A stretch of 64,000 nucleotides of DNA from Candidatus Latescibacterota bacterium (GTDB taxonomy: Bacteria > Latescibacterota > UBA2968 > UBA8231), in assembly GCA_965197905.1 (NCBI GenBank), contig CBDAOB010000005.1, positions 2,592,001 through 2,656,000 of the forward strand. The letters are read 5' to 3'. Positions 49,673 to 60,610 of this stretch are shown here, piece by piece. The notes under the pieces were generated by a model. The model made no database searches, was not told the origin of the DNA, and saw only the letters and a program-made list of their open reading frames with translations. Made by a program: the position numbers and the translations under genes. How positions within the stretch are numbered: position 1 is the first letter of the stretch; the number at the start of each line of letters is the position of its first letter.

Positions 49673-51802
49673 ATGAGTGAAGACCTCGAAAATCCTGCCT
49701 TTTTTATAAATCGAGAGCTCTCCTGGCTCGATTTCAACGTCCGGGTGCTGGAGGAAGCCCAGGATCCGCGCAATCCGCTCCTCGAGCGGGTAAAGTTCCT
49801 CGCCATCGTCGCCAACAATCTCGACGAGTTCTTCGAGGTGCGCGTAGCTGGGCTCCTGCAGTTGCGACAGGGCGGATCCCTCTCGTCGGGCCCCGACCAG
49901 CTAACGCCCGAAGACCTGTTGGAGCGGATTGCGGAGAAGGCACACCGTCAGGTAGAGGATCAGTACGAATGCTGGAACGAGGATTTACTTCCGGCGCTGT
50001 CCGCTGAAAATATCCACCTGCTGGAAGAACAGGCCCTGAACGAAACCCATCTGAATTTCATCACACGTTATTGGCGGGAGGAACTGGAACCAATTTTGAC
50101 GCCGATCGTGGTCGATCCTGCGCACCCGTTCCCCCACGTCATCAACAAGGCGCTCTGCATCGGGGCATTGTTGCAATCGGAAGGGACCGATGTTCTCGGG
50201 GTCGTGACAGTGCCCCGCGTGTTGCCCCGAATCCTACGGCTGCCTGACAACGGAAAAGGCATCAACTTCGTCACCCTAGCCGACATCATGGACACGCTAA
50301 TCAAGGAGCTGTTCAGCGGTCATAGGGTGCTGGCATCGGCCGCGTTTCGAGTCACGCGCAACAGCGAGCTCTACGTCAACGAGGAAGAGGCGGATAACCT
50401 CATGGAGGAGATCGCTGAACAGCTGAAGAATCAGCTGAAGGGGGATAGCGTTCGACTGGAGATTGCCTCGGATGCGCCGAACAGGTTGTTGAATCTCTTG
50501 CAACGGCAGTTCCATCTGGATGATGACCAGATCTATCGGGCCAATGGACCGGTCAATCTCCATCGAGTGCTGACGCTCTATGATGAGGTGCCGCGTCCCG
50601 ACCTCAAGTTCAAGCCGTTTTCGCCGGTAGTTCGCGACCTACCGAGAGAACCGGAGCCTTTCTTTGATTCGTTGCGACGCAAAGACATCCTCGTGCATCA
50701 TCCCTACGAATCGTTCGACACGGTTATCGATTTCATCAAAATGGCTGCCATCGACCCCAAGGTGTTGGCGATCAAACAGACACTCTATCGGACAGGTGAC
50801 GATTCTCAGGTGGCCCAGGTCCTGATCGACGCCGCCGGACGAGGAAAAGAGGTCACCGTGCTGGTGGAGCTAAAAGCGCGAGGTGACGAAGCGGCCAATA
50901 TCGAATGGGCTAAGAGGCTCGAGGATTCGGGCGTGCACGTCGTCTACGGGGTGATGGGACTGAAGACCCATTGCAAGCTGTCGATGTTGGTGCGTCGAGA
51001 TTTCGACCGCCTGCGTCGCTACGCGCATCTGGGCACCGGCAACTACAACCAAACGACGGCTCGGTTCTACACCGATCTCGGCTTGATCACGGCGAGACCG
51101 GACATCACCGAAGAGGTCGCGGATGTCTTCAATCTGCTGACGACCCACTCGCACGGGGCATCGTTCAAGAAACTAATGGTCGCTCCTTCAACGTTGCTGC
51201 GGGGCACGCGAGACCGCATTCAACGGGAGATCGATTTCGCCAGTGCGGGAAAACCAGCCGCCGTTATCGCGAAGATGAACGGCCTCATGGATCCCGAGAT
51301 AATCAGGGACCTTTACCGGGCCTCGCAGGCCGGGGTGCAGATAGATCTCGTAGTTCGCGGCATCTGTTGCCTGCGACCGGGCTTGAAGGGGATAAGCGAC
51401 AACATTCGAGTCTACAGTATCATCGGCCGTTTTCTGGAACACAGCCGGATCTTCTATTTCGCCAACGGCGGTGATATGGAGATCTGGATGGGCAGCGCCG
51501 ACTGGATGAATCGGAATCTTCGCGGCAGGGTGGAGGTGGTGTTCCCGGTGGAAGACGAGGAACTGAAACGGCGGACCTATCGAGAGTTAGTCGAGCTGTG
51601 CTTGAGCGATCGGCTCAAATCCCGGGAACTGGACGCCGAAGGCGGCTACGCCCGTCGCACCGCGAGAAACGGGGAGGCCCAAGTCAACCTCCAGGAAGCT
51701 CTGATGCAGATCGCCCAGGGTCGACAGCCGGAATTTCCGGTAGCGACAATGAAGGAGGAAAACGGTCGGCACGGGAAGACCGGACCCGCCGTCACCCGCT
51801 GA
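49673..51802 (+). CDS. ppk1: Polyphosphate kinase 1
   Basis: NRELSWLDFNVRVL, NLDEFFEVRVAGL, HHPYESF, KTHCK, GTGNYN, RFLEHSRI, GSADWMNRNL. Confidence 0.97.
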   Translation: MSEDLENPAFFINRELSWLDFNVRVLEEAQDPRNPLLERVKFLAIVANNLDEFFEVRVAGLLQLRQGGSLSSGPDQLTPEDLLERIAEKAHRQVEDQYECWNEDLLPALSAENIHLLEEQALNETHLNFITRYWREELEPILTPIVVDPAHPFPHVINKALCIGALLQSEGTDVLGVVTVPRVLPRILRLPDNGKGINFVTLADIMDTLIKELFSGHRVLASAAFRVTRNSELYVNEEEADNLMEEIAEQLKNQLKGDSVRLEIASDAPNRLLNLLQRQFHLDDDQIYRANGPVNLHRVLTLYDEVPRPDLKFKPFSPVVRDLPREPEPFFDSLRRKDILVHHPYESFDTVIDFIKMAAIDPKVLAIKQTLYRTGDDSQVAQVLIDAAGRGKEVTVLVELKARGDEAANIEWAKRLEDSGVHVVYGVMGLKTHCKLSMLVRRDFDRLRRYAHLGTGNYNQTTARFYTDLGLITARPDITEEVADVFNLLTTHSHGASFKKLMVAPSTLLRGTRDRIQREIDFASAGKPAAVIAKMNGLMDPEIIRDLYRASQAGVQIDLVVRGICCLRPGLKGISDNIRVYSIIGRFLEHSRIFYFANGGDMEIWMGSADWMNRNLRGRVEVVFPVEDEELKRRTYRELVELCLSDRLKSRELDAEGGYARRTARNGEAQVNLQEALMQIAQGRQPEFPVATMKEENGRHGKTGPAVTR

Positions 51803-51808
51803 GGTCGC

Positions 51809-54328
51809 TTACTTAAAGACCGGGAAAACCATGGGGCCGCCCTCGTCCGAGCGGACACACCCGTTGATGAGCTCGCTTGGGGAACCGCAGAATAGTTGGT
51901 TCGTGCGACCCACCGTGAAGAGGTACTTCCTTCCCGTTTGCAGTTCCTCCGTACCCTCTGCATCCGCCTTCTTTTTGGCAGCGGCATGGACGCGGCTCGG
52001 CTTGTATTCCCGCATCTCGAAAAGATCAACGAAGCTGCCATCTTCGTACCCGTCGACGGTGGCCAACTGGCCTTTGTCGTCCACTCTGACGTAATACTCC
52101 CGCAGGTTGGGATTCTCGGCGACCTTCTCCAGGCTGACAACCGACAGGGCGAAGGAAGGTTTCTCCTGGTGGCGCCGGTTCTCTGCTTCGAATTCCAGAC
52201 TGCCCACCAGAATCTCGCGCATCGCCGTCTTGAGCTTTCCCATCACCTCTTCCGGCTTGTGTGCCGGACTTAGCAGCGCCCAGGACTGACTCGCGAGATA
52301 CTTGTAAGCGGTGTCGAAGATGTCACCGTAACCAGTTGGCATGAGCATCTCGGCAGGAATCTGACCAGGTGGCGGTGAAGGCGGTTCGATCTCCTCGAAT
52401 TGCAAAGGATCCTCAGCGAACCCCTCCTTCAGCCCGGACAGGGTTTTCGTGCTACCTTCCGAATGCAGGCCTACCAGGTAGGACTTGCACGTCTGTATCA
52501 CCTCCTCGACGAACTTTTCCGCCTGGAACTGCTCGAACAAGGAGCGCGTGTCCGTATCGGCTTTTTGTCGTGCCAATCCAAGGAGATCGCCGTCGTTCAC
52601 CTGGTCCGTAATGGAGCGCAACGCCTCTTCGTAATACTTCGTAACGCCCTCAGCCGAATACTCATCCGGATGCTCGTCGGAGAAGCTGAAATTGGTCTTG
52701 AGGGCCTCCAGGCGGACCAAGGTAACTGCGGCGTGATCCAGTATTTTTTGAGAGGACCCAATGCGCGGTCCCCCGCCTCGAATGTCTTGTTGCCGCTGGC
52801 GACGGTGTTCATGAATCCGCTCACCTCGATAGTGAAGTTGCGGTTCTTCACTACCCGCTGATCCTGACCATGGAGTAGCTGTCCGGCGCTGTGATATTGG
52901 GCAATCTTCTTGATCACGCTGTAAGCCTTGTTGCTGCCCGTCGTCGATGTTGTGATGGTTCTCGCGGCGCCACGCAGATTCTTGAAATCGGTCCCGGGCT
53001 CCAGAAATAGGCTCCAGATCTCCTGATCCGACGACTCGATGGAGGACAACAAGCGCGCAATCTCCTGGGCACGTGCGCTGAGTTCCGGCAGGCTCGTTTC
53101 CGCGGATTCAACGATATCGGCCGCCGAGACGTCGACGCCAGAATCGACGTCACCAGTCTCTATAAATCCACTCCGGTTGCCCGTCTTTTTGCCTCCACCC
53201 TGGGACTTGATGATCGCGGACGCACGCTCCGTTGAACTCATGCCACTCGTCGCTCCCGCTGCGCCCCCAGCAGATCCCCCTCCCGCAGCGCCGCCACCAC
53301 CACCTCCTCCACCACCAGCACCACCTCCGCCACCGAGGCTACTCACCGCAGGACCGCCTGAGCTGCGCCCAGAGGAAATCTTACGCGGTTTGCCCGCGTT
53401 CTGTGCCGCCTCGATGCGTTTTGCGATAGCCTGGGCTTCTTCCATGGAAGGAATATTCGCCCCCATGGGCCTGAAGAGGCCTACGGCTTTTGCGCGGTGA
53501 TCGAGCAGAGCGGAAGCGCTCTCGTCCACCTCATCCTCGTCTCCGGCGGCAGCCTCCACTTGGTAGATCTCTTGTAATGCATTTTTGAACCTTGTCAGGA
53601 ACTCGTCGAAGCGATCGTCGTCATCTTCATCGTCATCGTCGTCCTCATCATCGTCGTCATCCTCATCCTCATCAACGTCATCCTCATCCTCATCATCGTC
53701 GTCTTCGTCATGCGCCTCAGCGGCACTGTTCTGATCGTCAGTGGAATCCGTACCATCCAGACAGCTCCTGACCGCGTCGGCAAAGCTCGACGTGCCAAGC
53801 GACTTCAACCCGAGTCCAACAATCTGCTCGATGTTTCCCCTTTTCTCGATCACCGGCTTCAACACGCCGCTCAAGCTGATGCTGGCGCCGGGCAACACCT
53901 TCGCAACCAAAACCGCAGAACAAACCGCCGTCAGGAAGCGTTCGACGAAGGCGTAGGTATGCTCGTCCGGAGGAGCTTCTGCTACGGCTCTCTTAATAGT
54001 ACTGCAGCAAGGAACTTTTGATCTTCCCCTTGGTTAGCCGTTCGTCCTTCAGAGAGTAAAGGAAGGTGACCGTGTGGAGGATCTTGGAGACCTCCTCCTT
54101 GAAGTCGAAGAGATCGAGGTCGAGCCGTGCCGCCCGCATCTGCAGTATGTAGGCAACCTCGGGAATCTTGCGGGTGGCGATGAAGATCGGTTGGCAGATT
54201 TCCTCCCACACATCGACGGCGTCGGAGGGATCCACTTCGAGCATCGTGCACCATTGCCGCCAGGTGCGCGCGGGAATTCGGCTTTGGCTCTGAAGTCGCG
54301 AGAGACCGTCAGTTTCAGTTTTCGACAT
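51809..54328 (-). CDS. Hypothetical protein (~839 aa joined from three ORFs) with poly-acidic and poly-glycine tracts
   Basis: ORFs 53993..54328, 52597..53910 and 51809..52720 join by removing one T at ~53994 (YYKRAVAEAPP) and adding one A in the A6 run at ~52744-52749 (LKKILDHAAV). Confidence 0.65.
53614..53709 (-). repeat. Low-complexity (GAY/GAR)n tract encoding 31 D/E in 32 residues
   Basis: DEDDDDEDEDDVDEDEDDDDDEDDDDDEDDDD read directly. Confidence 0.9.
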
Positions 54329-54649
54329 AGACAGAGAAGCGTGTTTGTGGGACTTGTAGAAACATTAGAATATAACCTGCCACGCAAAAAGAAACCAAGT
54401 TACAATCCAACCAACTGTTGCTGACTAGGTATTGCGGGTTCGAGAGATTAATTTTTAGATAAAAATCATGATTTTGGATAATATAGGAACCGTGTCGAAG
54501 AGCCAGAGATTGGTGCATATCATGCCCGTAACGGCGTGACTCATGCGGAATTTTTGCAGGCCTACAGAGGCCTTTTTCTCGAGTAGCGCGGAAGCCTTTT
54601 CTAATGTATATTCTTCGTTGACATGACATTATTCGCCGGGAAGCGGGGC

Positions 54650-55429
54650 ATGAATCAGGACATCGGTGATCTGCTGAATGACTGGCCGTTTGATCCGAAC
54701 GAATTCACCGCCCGCCGTATTGCCGCCAAGGATGGTTCTGAAAAACTCCAGATTCGTATGGATCTCGGCATCATGCAACTGGAGGTCGAAGGTCGGCCCG
54801 ACGGGCAACGCCCCGAAGGCTTCTCATCCCTCCTAGAATTCTGCGAAAACACCCGGGACGATGCCTCAAACTCCGACAATGACGAGTTCGTACTCAACGA
54901 ATCGGAGTGCGAGGATCTCTTCCAGGAAGCCTGGCAGTACTATCACCGCTACTTGAGTCTGTTCTATCTCGAGGATTACTCCGGCGTCGTGCGCAACACT
55001 GATCATATCCTCAATATCTTCAGCTTGGTCCAGGAGTTCGCCGACAACGACGAGGTGAAGTGGTATTTCGATCAGTATTATGCCCACGCCATCATGATGC
55101 AGACGCGGGCAAAAGCGATGGCCGCGCTGGCAGATTCCGACTATCCCAACGCCCTGAGCGAGATCGAGTCAGGTATCGGAGACTTGGAGCGTTACGTCGA
55201 GGATTGGGAAGGGGATGTGATGGAAGAAGACCTGCCCGAGCTTTCTTTCCTGCGCGACTGGCAGGAAGAGTTGGAGCAGAAGAGACCGTTATCCAAACGG
55301 GAGCAACTCGAGCGAGATTTGAACGTGGCGGTGGAGAGCGAAAACTTCGAAGAAGCAGCCCGTCTGCGGGACAAGATCAGCACCACATGGCCCCATGGTC
55401 CAAGACGCCACTTCAGGCCTGAACGCTAA
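54650..55429 (+). CDS. UvrB/UvrC-motif-containing protein
   Basis: KLQIRMDLGIMQLEVEGRPDGQRPEG, EAWQYYHRYLSLF, C-terminal LNVAVESENFEEAARLRDKI. Confidence 0.82.
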   Translation: MNQDIGDLLNDWPFDPNEFTARRIAAKDGSEKLQIRMDLGIMQLEVEGRPDGQRPEGFSSLLEFCENTRDDASNSDNDEFVLNESECEDLFQEAWQYYHRYLSLFYLEDYSGVVRNTDHILNIFSLVQEFADNDEVKWYFDQYYAHAIMMQTRAKAMAALADSDYPNALSEIESGIGDLERYVEDWEGDVMEEDLPELSFLRDWQEELEQKRPLSKREQLERDLNVAVESENFEEAARLRDKISTTWPHGPRRHFRPER

Positions 55430-55464
55430 TTCTCACCTAGTACGAACGCACTCCAAAGCAACAC

Positions 55465-56265
55465 CTACAACCCCAGCACATCGAACATCGAGTAGAACCC
55501 CGGTTGGGCGCCGGCCGCGAAGTGCACCGCCCTCAGGGCCCCGAGAGCGAAAGCGTCGCGGCTCGTGGCGTGGTGGCGCAGCTCGAGAAATTCGCCCGGT
55601 GCACCGAAAAAGACCGAGTGATCCCCGGCGACATCCCCGAGGCGCAACGCGTGCATGCCGATCTCTTGTCGAGTACGCTCGCCGGTGAACCCGTCGCGTC
55701 CATGGACCACGACTTCGGAAAGATTTCGCTGCAACCCCTCAGCCGCTTTTTCGGCAAGCCTTAGAGCCGATCCGCTAGGTGCATCCACCTTCAACCGGTG
55801 ATGCGCTTCAACGACTTCCACATCGTACTCATCACCGAGGATGCGCGCCGCTTCCTCCACCAGCTTGAACAGCACGTTCATGGCCGTACTGTAGTTGGGT
55901 GCGAAAACGCAGGGAACGTCGGCTACGGTGCTTTTGAACTCTACAAGCTGATCTTCCGTCAAGCCAGTGGTTCCCACCACCATGGCGGCCCCTTTTTCGG
56001 CGCATACAATGGCATCCGCCAAGGTTGCCTCCGGCGCCGTAAAGGCGATGGCGACCTGGTCTTTTCTCAAGATCGACGACAACTCGCTCGTCACGGTCAG
56101 ACCAAGCGCGCTCGCGCTGATGGTCGTACCCACATCGGTTCCCACCGCTGCGTGGGTCGGCGACTCGGTACCTCCGGCCAGCTTCAGCTGTTCATCGGCC
56201 AGGGCGAGATGAGCCAACCGCTGGCCCATACGCCCGGCTACTCCGCATACGACGACTTCAGTCAC
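55465..56265 (-). CDS. dapB: 4-hydroxy-tetrahydrodipicolinate reductase
   Basis: GVAGRMG, VGTTG, APNYS, EAHHRLKVDAPSGSA, SRDAFALGA. Confidence 0.95.
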   Translation of the reverse strand: MTEVVVCGVAGRMGQRLAHLALADEQLKLAGGTESPTHAAVGTDVGTTISASALGLTVTSELSSILRKDQVAIAFTAPEATLADAIVCAEKGAAMVVGTTGLTEDQLVEFKSTVADVPCVFAPNYSTAMNVLFKLVEEAARILGDEYDVEVVEAHHRLKVDAPSGSALRLAEKAAEGLQRNLSEVVVHGRDGFTGERTRQEIGMHALRLGDVAGDHSVFFGAPGEFLELRHHATSRDAFALGALRAVHFAAGAQPGFYSMFDVLGL

Positions 56266-56301
56266 GGACGCGATTCTCCTGGTGCCTGTTTAGCGGCACT
56301 G

Positions 56302-57339
56302 TTAGTAGGAAGCGTAGGTCAGGCGATCGACCAGGCTGGTGTCAGCGAGCCTGCTATCGATGTCAACGTCGAAGGCTTCAGCTATGGGTGCAAGTGCACC
56401 CGAATCGGCGCTCTGAACCTTCCTGGCGGCATCGACGACTACCTGTATTCCTGCCTTCGTCATCTTGCCCAGAGGCCGGCGACATGGGCCCGAAGGCATA
56501 CCGAGAACATTCATGAGGGTCTTTATGCCCAGCGGATTGCGCGCCTTGCACAGCACCGGACCCCGAGAGCTCTCCTCGGTCGTGGAGACCGTTACGATCT
56601 GAAAGAGCGGCTGGAGATCGGAGGCCAGCTTGTCGGCCGTTTCGAGGTCGCCTGCCGACAACAGCTCGGTGAGCTTTTGGATGGGGCCGGGTATCACGTT
56701 GGAAGCTACCGATATCACACCCTGCGCCTCGATGTCGGAACTCTTCATCATAGCAACCGTCATGTCGTCGTCGCCGGAAAGGATATCGAAATCGTCCCCG
56801 CACACTTTCCGGGTCTTGGCCATGTTTTCCAGGTCGCCCGTCGCCTCCTTTACGGAGGAGACATTGTCGTACTGGTCCGCCAGAATGGCGAGATCCTCCA
56901 CCTGCATCATGCAGCCGGTGCGACCGGGAATGATGTACGGAATCACCTGAACGCCGGGAAAACCGGCTGCGACCGGCTCGACATACTCGCGCCGAATCTC
57001 CAGCGAGCTGGGACCGTTGTAATACGGATCCACCAGCAACAAGGCGTCGGCGCCGGCATGGGCCGCGTGCTCGCTCGCTTCCATGGTCTCCTGGGTCGAG
57101 TTGCTCCCGGTACCCGCAATGGACAAGGAGCGGCCCTTGGTCCGCTTGCAGGTGCGGTCTATAAGCTCATTGTGCTCCTCCCAATTAAGCGTCGGACTCT
57201 CACCGGTGGTGCCCGCCGCCAGAATGCCCTGGCATTTGTTGGCGATCTGGAAATCGATCAGCTTTTCGACCCCGGAATAGTCGATGCTTCCGTCCTCCTG
57301 CATCGGCGTCACCAACGCCGTATAACATCCTTTGAACAT
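56302..57339 (-). CDS. dapA: 4-hydroxy-tetrahydrodipicolinate synthase
   Basis: TALVTP, GTTGESPT, GTGSNST, PYYN, PGRTG, KEATG, LSGDD; operonic with dapB. Confidence 0.93.
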   Translation of the reverse strand: MFKGCYTALVTPMQEDGSIDYSGVEKLIDFQIANKCQGILAAGTTGESPTLNWEEHNELIDRTCKRTKGRSLSIAGTGSNSTQETMEASEHAAHAGADALLLVDPYYNGPSSLEIRREYVEPVAAGFPGVQVIPYIIPGRTGCMMQVEDLAILADQYDNVSSVKEATGDLENMAKTRKVCGDDFDILSGDDDMTVAMMKSSDIEAQGVISVASNVIPGPIQKLTELLSAGDLETADKLASDLQPLFQIVTVSTTEESSRGPVLCKARNPLGIKTLMNVLGMPSGPCRRPLGKMTKAGIQVVVDAARKVQSADSGALAPIAEAFDVDIDSRLADTSLVDRLTYASY

Positions 57340-57418
57340 GATTCACACCTCGTTCGGTGGACCTTGCGGCGAGGTCCTGAAAACGTCTATTTCGATCGGG
57401 GATTGACCAGCGTCGGAA

Positions 57419-57447
57419 ACAATAACGCGACCGAAATTCAATGTCAA
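57419..57447 (-). promoter_or_regulatory. Putative sigma70 promoter for dapAB
   Basis: Minus strand TTGACA-N17-TATTGT. Confidence 0.55.
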
Positions 57448-57466
57448 CCGAAGGAGGTGAGCAGGA

Positions 57467-58642
57467 ATGCCTACTGAACTGAGCATGCGTTACGGGTGCA
57501 ATCCAAACCAGGGCGACGCCCGCGTTTTCATGCCCGGCGGTGGGAACCTTCCCCTTGAAGTGCTAAACGGCGCGCCCAGCTACATCAACATGATGGACGC
57601 TCTGAACTCCTGGCAGCTGGTGCGTGACCTGCGAAGAGCCCTCGAGCAACCTGCAGCGGCTTCCTTCAAGCATGTTAGCCCCGCGGGCGCAGCGGTAGCC
57701 GTGCCGTTGGACGATGCCCTGCGTGAGGCGTATTTCGTCGCCGACATGGAGCTGAGCCCGCTGGCCACTGCCTACGCCCGGGCGCGCGGTGCGGACCGGC
57801 TGGCGGCGTTTGGAGATTGGGTTGCGCTCAGCGACGAGGTGGACGAATCCACCGCCCGGCTGATCAAACGGGAGGTTTCGGACGGAGTTATCGCACCGAG
57901 CTATTCCGCGACAGCCATCGAGTTGTTGAAAACGAAAAAAGGGGGAAATTACCCCGTTTTTCAGATCGATCCCGACTTCGGACCAGGGCCGCTTGAGCAG
58001 CGTGAGCTGTTCGGCATGGCGCTGCAACAGGAACGCAACACATTTCTACCAGACGACAGCTTCTTCGCGAACATCGTCACGGTGAACCGGGAACTCTCTG
58101 AACAGGCACGTCGGGATCTGACCGTGGCTACGATCGCGGTGAAGTACACGCAATCCAATTCCGTCTGCCTGGCGTTCGATGGTCAGGTCATCGGCAACGG
58201 AGCTGGACAGCAGTCCCGGGTGCATTGCGTGCGTCTGGCGGCTTCCAAAGCAGACAACTGGTATCTACGGCAGCACCCGCACGTCCGCGCCTTGAGGTTC
58301 AAGAAGGGCGTCAAGAGGTCGGAACGCATCAACGCCATCGACCTGTTTCTCCAGGAAGAAGCTACACCCACGGAGCTGCGCGCCTGGGAGCAAAATTTCG
58401 CCGAAGTGCCCCAGCGTCTGAACGCCGAAGAGAAGCGGAGCTGGCTAGATAGGTTGGAAGGGGTCGCCCTGAGCTCGGACGCGTTCTTTCCCTTTCGCGA
58501 CAACCTGGACCGCGCTTTCCGCAGCGGCGTTAAATACGTGGTTCAGGCGGGGGGCTCAATCCAGGACGCCGAAGTCGTTGCCGCCGCCGACGAATACGAA
58601 ATGGTGATGATTCATTCCGGCGTGCGCCTGTTTCACCATTGA
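57467..58642 (+). CDS. purH: AICAR transformylase (stand-alone, no IMP cyclohydrolase domain)
   Basis: RYGCNPNQ, SFKHVSPAG, KYTQSNSV, GAGQQSRVHC, SDAFFPF, RLFHH; 391 aa. Confidence 0.9.
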   Translation: MPTELSMRYGCNPNQGDARVFMPGGGNLPLEVLNGAPSYINMMDALNSWQLVRDLRRALEQPAAASFKHVSPAGAAVAVPLDDALREAYFVADMELSPLATAYARARGADRLAAFGDWVALSDEVDESTARLIKREVSDGVIAPSYSATAIELLKTKKGGNYPVFQIDPDFGPGPLEQRELFGMALQQERNTFLPDDSFFANIVTVNRELSEQARRDLTVATIAVKYTQSNSVCLAFDGQVIGNGAGQQSRVHCVRLAASKADNWYLRQHPHVRALRFKKGVKRSERINAIDLFLQEEATPTELRAWEQNFAEVPQRLNAEEKRSWLDRLEGVALSSDAFFPFRDNLDRAFRSGVKYVVQAGGSIQDAEVVAAADEYEMVMIHSGVRLFHH

Positions 58643-58645
58643 TCG

Positions 58646-60598
58646 CTACTGCGTCACCACCTCACGACCGAAGCTGTCGGCGAAGATAAAGAAGTCGTCG
58701 AAATCCACAGTGCCGTTGCCGTTCAGGTCGAACAACGGGTCGAAGCCCCCATCCTGAAGCGACGCACCGAAGTTGTCAGCAAACAGGAAGAAGTCGTCGA
58801 AGTCCACCACCGGATCGTCATTGAAGAGACCCTGGACCGGCCTGCCTTCTGCGTCCCGGGGCAGTTCGGGCTCACCAATAACGACGGTACGCCTGCGGTC
58901 TCCCGCAGTTCCTCCGCGAATGACCTCCTCCGCCAGGTTGTCCCGATCTTTAGCCAGTACTTTGTAGCGGTAGGTACCATCGTCGGAAACCGGTGCGTCC
59001 ACATACTCGCCGAAGCCGACCCCCACATCGGTCAAATGTTCGAACAAGGCGTCGTCGACGCTGCGGTAGATGCTGTAGCCGGTGATGGCAACCCGCTGCA
59101 CTCGGCGGCCGTTGAACACGAACCACATCACCTGACCGTCCCCTTCCGGCAGAGTCCAAGTCAAAGTAACTGCATCGTCCGCCCACTGCGCCAACAGATC
59201 GATTGGCGGTTGCGGCGGCAGATTGTCCCGGCCGGCAGCGCGCCCGCCGCTCACTGTCAGACCGCTGGGCGGGGTCGAGAGCACGACCGGTGTGACTATG
59301 TCCAGCCGGCTCCTTCGTTCGGCTGCCCGCACCTGAGCACTGACCACCAACGCCGTATCCTGTCCTATCAGTCGAACGCTGGTGCGCGCAACTCCGGCGG
59401 ATGGAACGACCACCGATGGACCCACGACGACGCCGGCCCCGCTGGCGACGCGAAAAACCACATCACTGGAATCCTCCACGGCAGGCTCGCCAAAGGTGTC
59501 GAAGAGCTCTGCCACCACCTCCACCAGGTTGGAGTCCTCCACCGCTCGCGCAAGCGACAGACCGATATTCGTGGCCGGAGCTACCACCCCCACCGTAAGC
59601 GCCACAGACTGCAATCCGGAAAGCTGCGCCTCGATCCGTACTGCTGTACTCGGAATCCCCTCGAACACCGCATCGACCACGCCGGCGGTCACGATCTGTC
59701 GGGTCCCCTCTGAGAAGACCCCCTCTCCTTGCACATCAAACACGATCTGAGAATGATCGTTGGTCGACAGAGCTTCCCCGGCGCGATTCTGAACCACCAC
59801 CCGGAAAACCAGCTCGATGTCGCCGGCATCGGTGAGCCGTTCCTCCACGAGCTCCAATCCCAGCTGGTACGGTACGCCGGTTCGAGGCGCACCCGAAGCC
59901 AGCGCCGCCAACTCCGCCGGATCCATGTCGAAGCTATCCAGAAGCTCCCCACTGTCCGGATCGAGCACGGCCAGAATCCCGGCTTCGAAATCGGTGACGA
60001 ACAGGCGATCGCCGATCAGAGCCAGCCCGGTAGGCAGCTCCAACTCCGTTTCCAGCTCATTGATCACCATGCCGTCTTCCGGGTCGATCTCGAAGATCTT
60101 TCCTGGGCGAATTCGGCTGGCAAATACCCGATCGCTGCCCGCCCCCAAACCCCCAACGAGATCCACGCCCGGCTCCAATATATCCACCACGGTTCCGTTC
60201 TTCGAATCGAGCTTGTAGATCCGGTCTTCCAGGAAACTCACGGCATATAGCTGGTCGCCGCAGTAGGCCAGTCCATCGACGGAATTGGTCGGCGACGGAA
60301 TACTGTTCCAAATTGTACCGTCTTGTGGATTCAGTTCGTAGATTCGTTGATCCGGATCGGTGGCGTCGGCGAAGTACAGGCTCGTACCCGAATACGCCAG
60401 ACCGCAAGGACCCTCCGGTCTGCACAGAACCGGAGTGGGAAAGGATTCGAGGACACTGCCATCCTCCGAGTCGATCAGCAAGATCTGGCTGTTTGCGGCA
60501 TCCAACCCGAACAACCGCTCCTGACCCGCAACGCCGGCGGGTAGCGCCAGGAGACCAACCACCGCGAAAAGCCGTAGCCTCGTCATGATAACCTGCAT
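58646..60598 (-). CDS. Secreted protein: beta-propeller, Ig-like and FN3 domains, C-terminal dockerin-like double EF-hand
   Basis: Signal peptide; GLAY propeller repeats; YSIYRS...YRYKV (FN3); FNDDPVVDFDDFFLFADNFG...DLNGNGTVDFDDFFIFADSFG. Confidence 0.8.
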   Translation of the reverse strand: MQVIMTRLRLFAVVGLLALPAGVAGQERLFGLDAANSQILLIDSEDGSVLESFPTPVLCRPEGPCGLAYSGTSLYFADATDPDQRIYELNPQDGTIWNSIPSPTNSVDGLAYCGDQLYAVSFLEDRIYKLDSKNGTVVDILEPGVDLVGGLGAGSDRVFASRIRPGKIFEIDPEDGMVINELETELELPTGLALIGDRLFVTDFEAGILAVLDPDSGELLDSFDMDPAELAALASGAPRTGVPYQLGLELVEERLTDAGDIELVFRVVVQNRAGEALSTNDHSQIVFDVQGEGVFSEGTRQIVTAGVVDAVFEGIPSTAVRIEAQLSGLQSVALTVGVVAPATNIGLSLARAVEDSNLVEVVAELFDTFGEPAVEDSSDVVFRVASGAGVVVGPSVVVPSAGVARTSVRLIGQDTALVVSAQVRAAERRSRLDIVTPVVLSTPPSGLTVSGGRAAGRDNLPPQPPIDLLAQWADDAVTLTWTLPEGDGQVMWFVFNGRRVQRVAITGYSIYRSVDDALFEHLTDVGVGFGEYVDAPVSDDGTYRYKVLAKDRDNLAEEVIRGGTAGDRRRTVVIGEPELPRDAEGRPVQGLFNDDPVVDFDDFFLFADNFGASLQDGGFDPLFDLNGNGTVDFDDFFIFADSFGREVVTQ

Positions 60599-60610
60599 CC
60601 CTCCACTGGT

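Noticed and set aside
54511..54528. Possible sigma54 site TGGTGCATATCATGC
   Set aside because: Poor match outside GG/GC on the plus strand and wrong spacing on the minus strand.
55798..57477. 559-aa plus-strand ORF
   Set aside because: Antisense shadow of dapA/dapB with no recognisable motifs; expected in GC-rich DNA.
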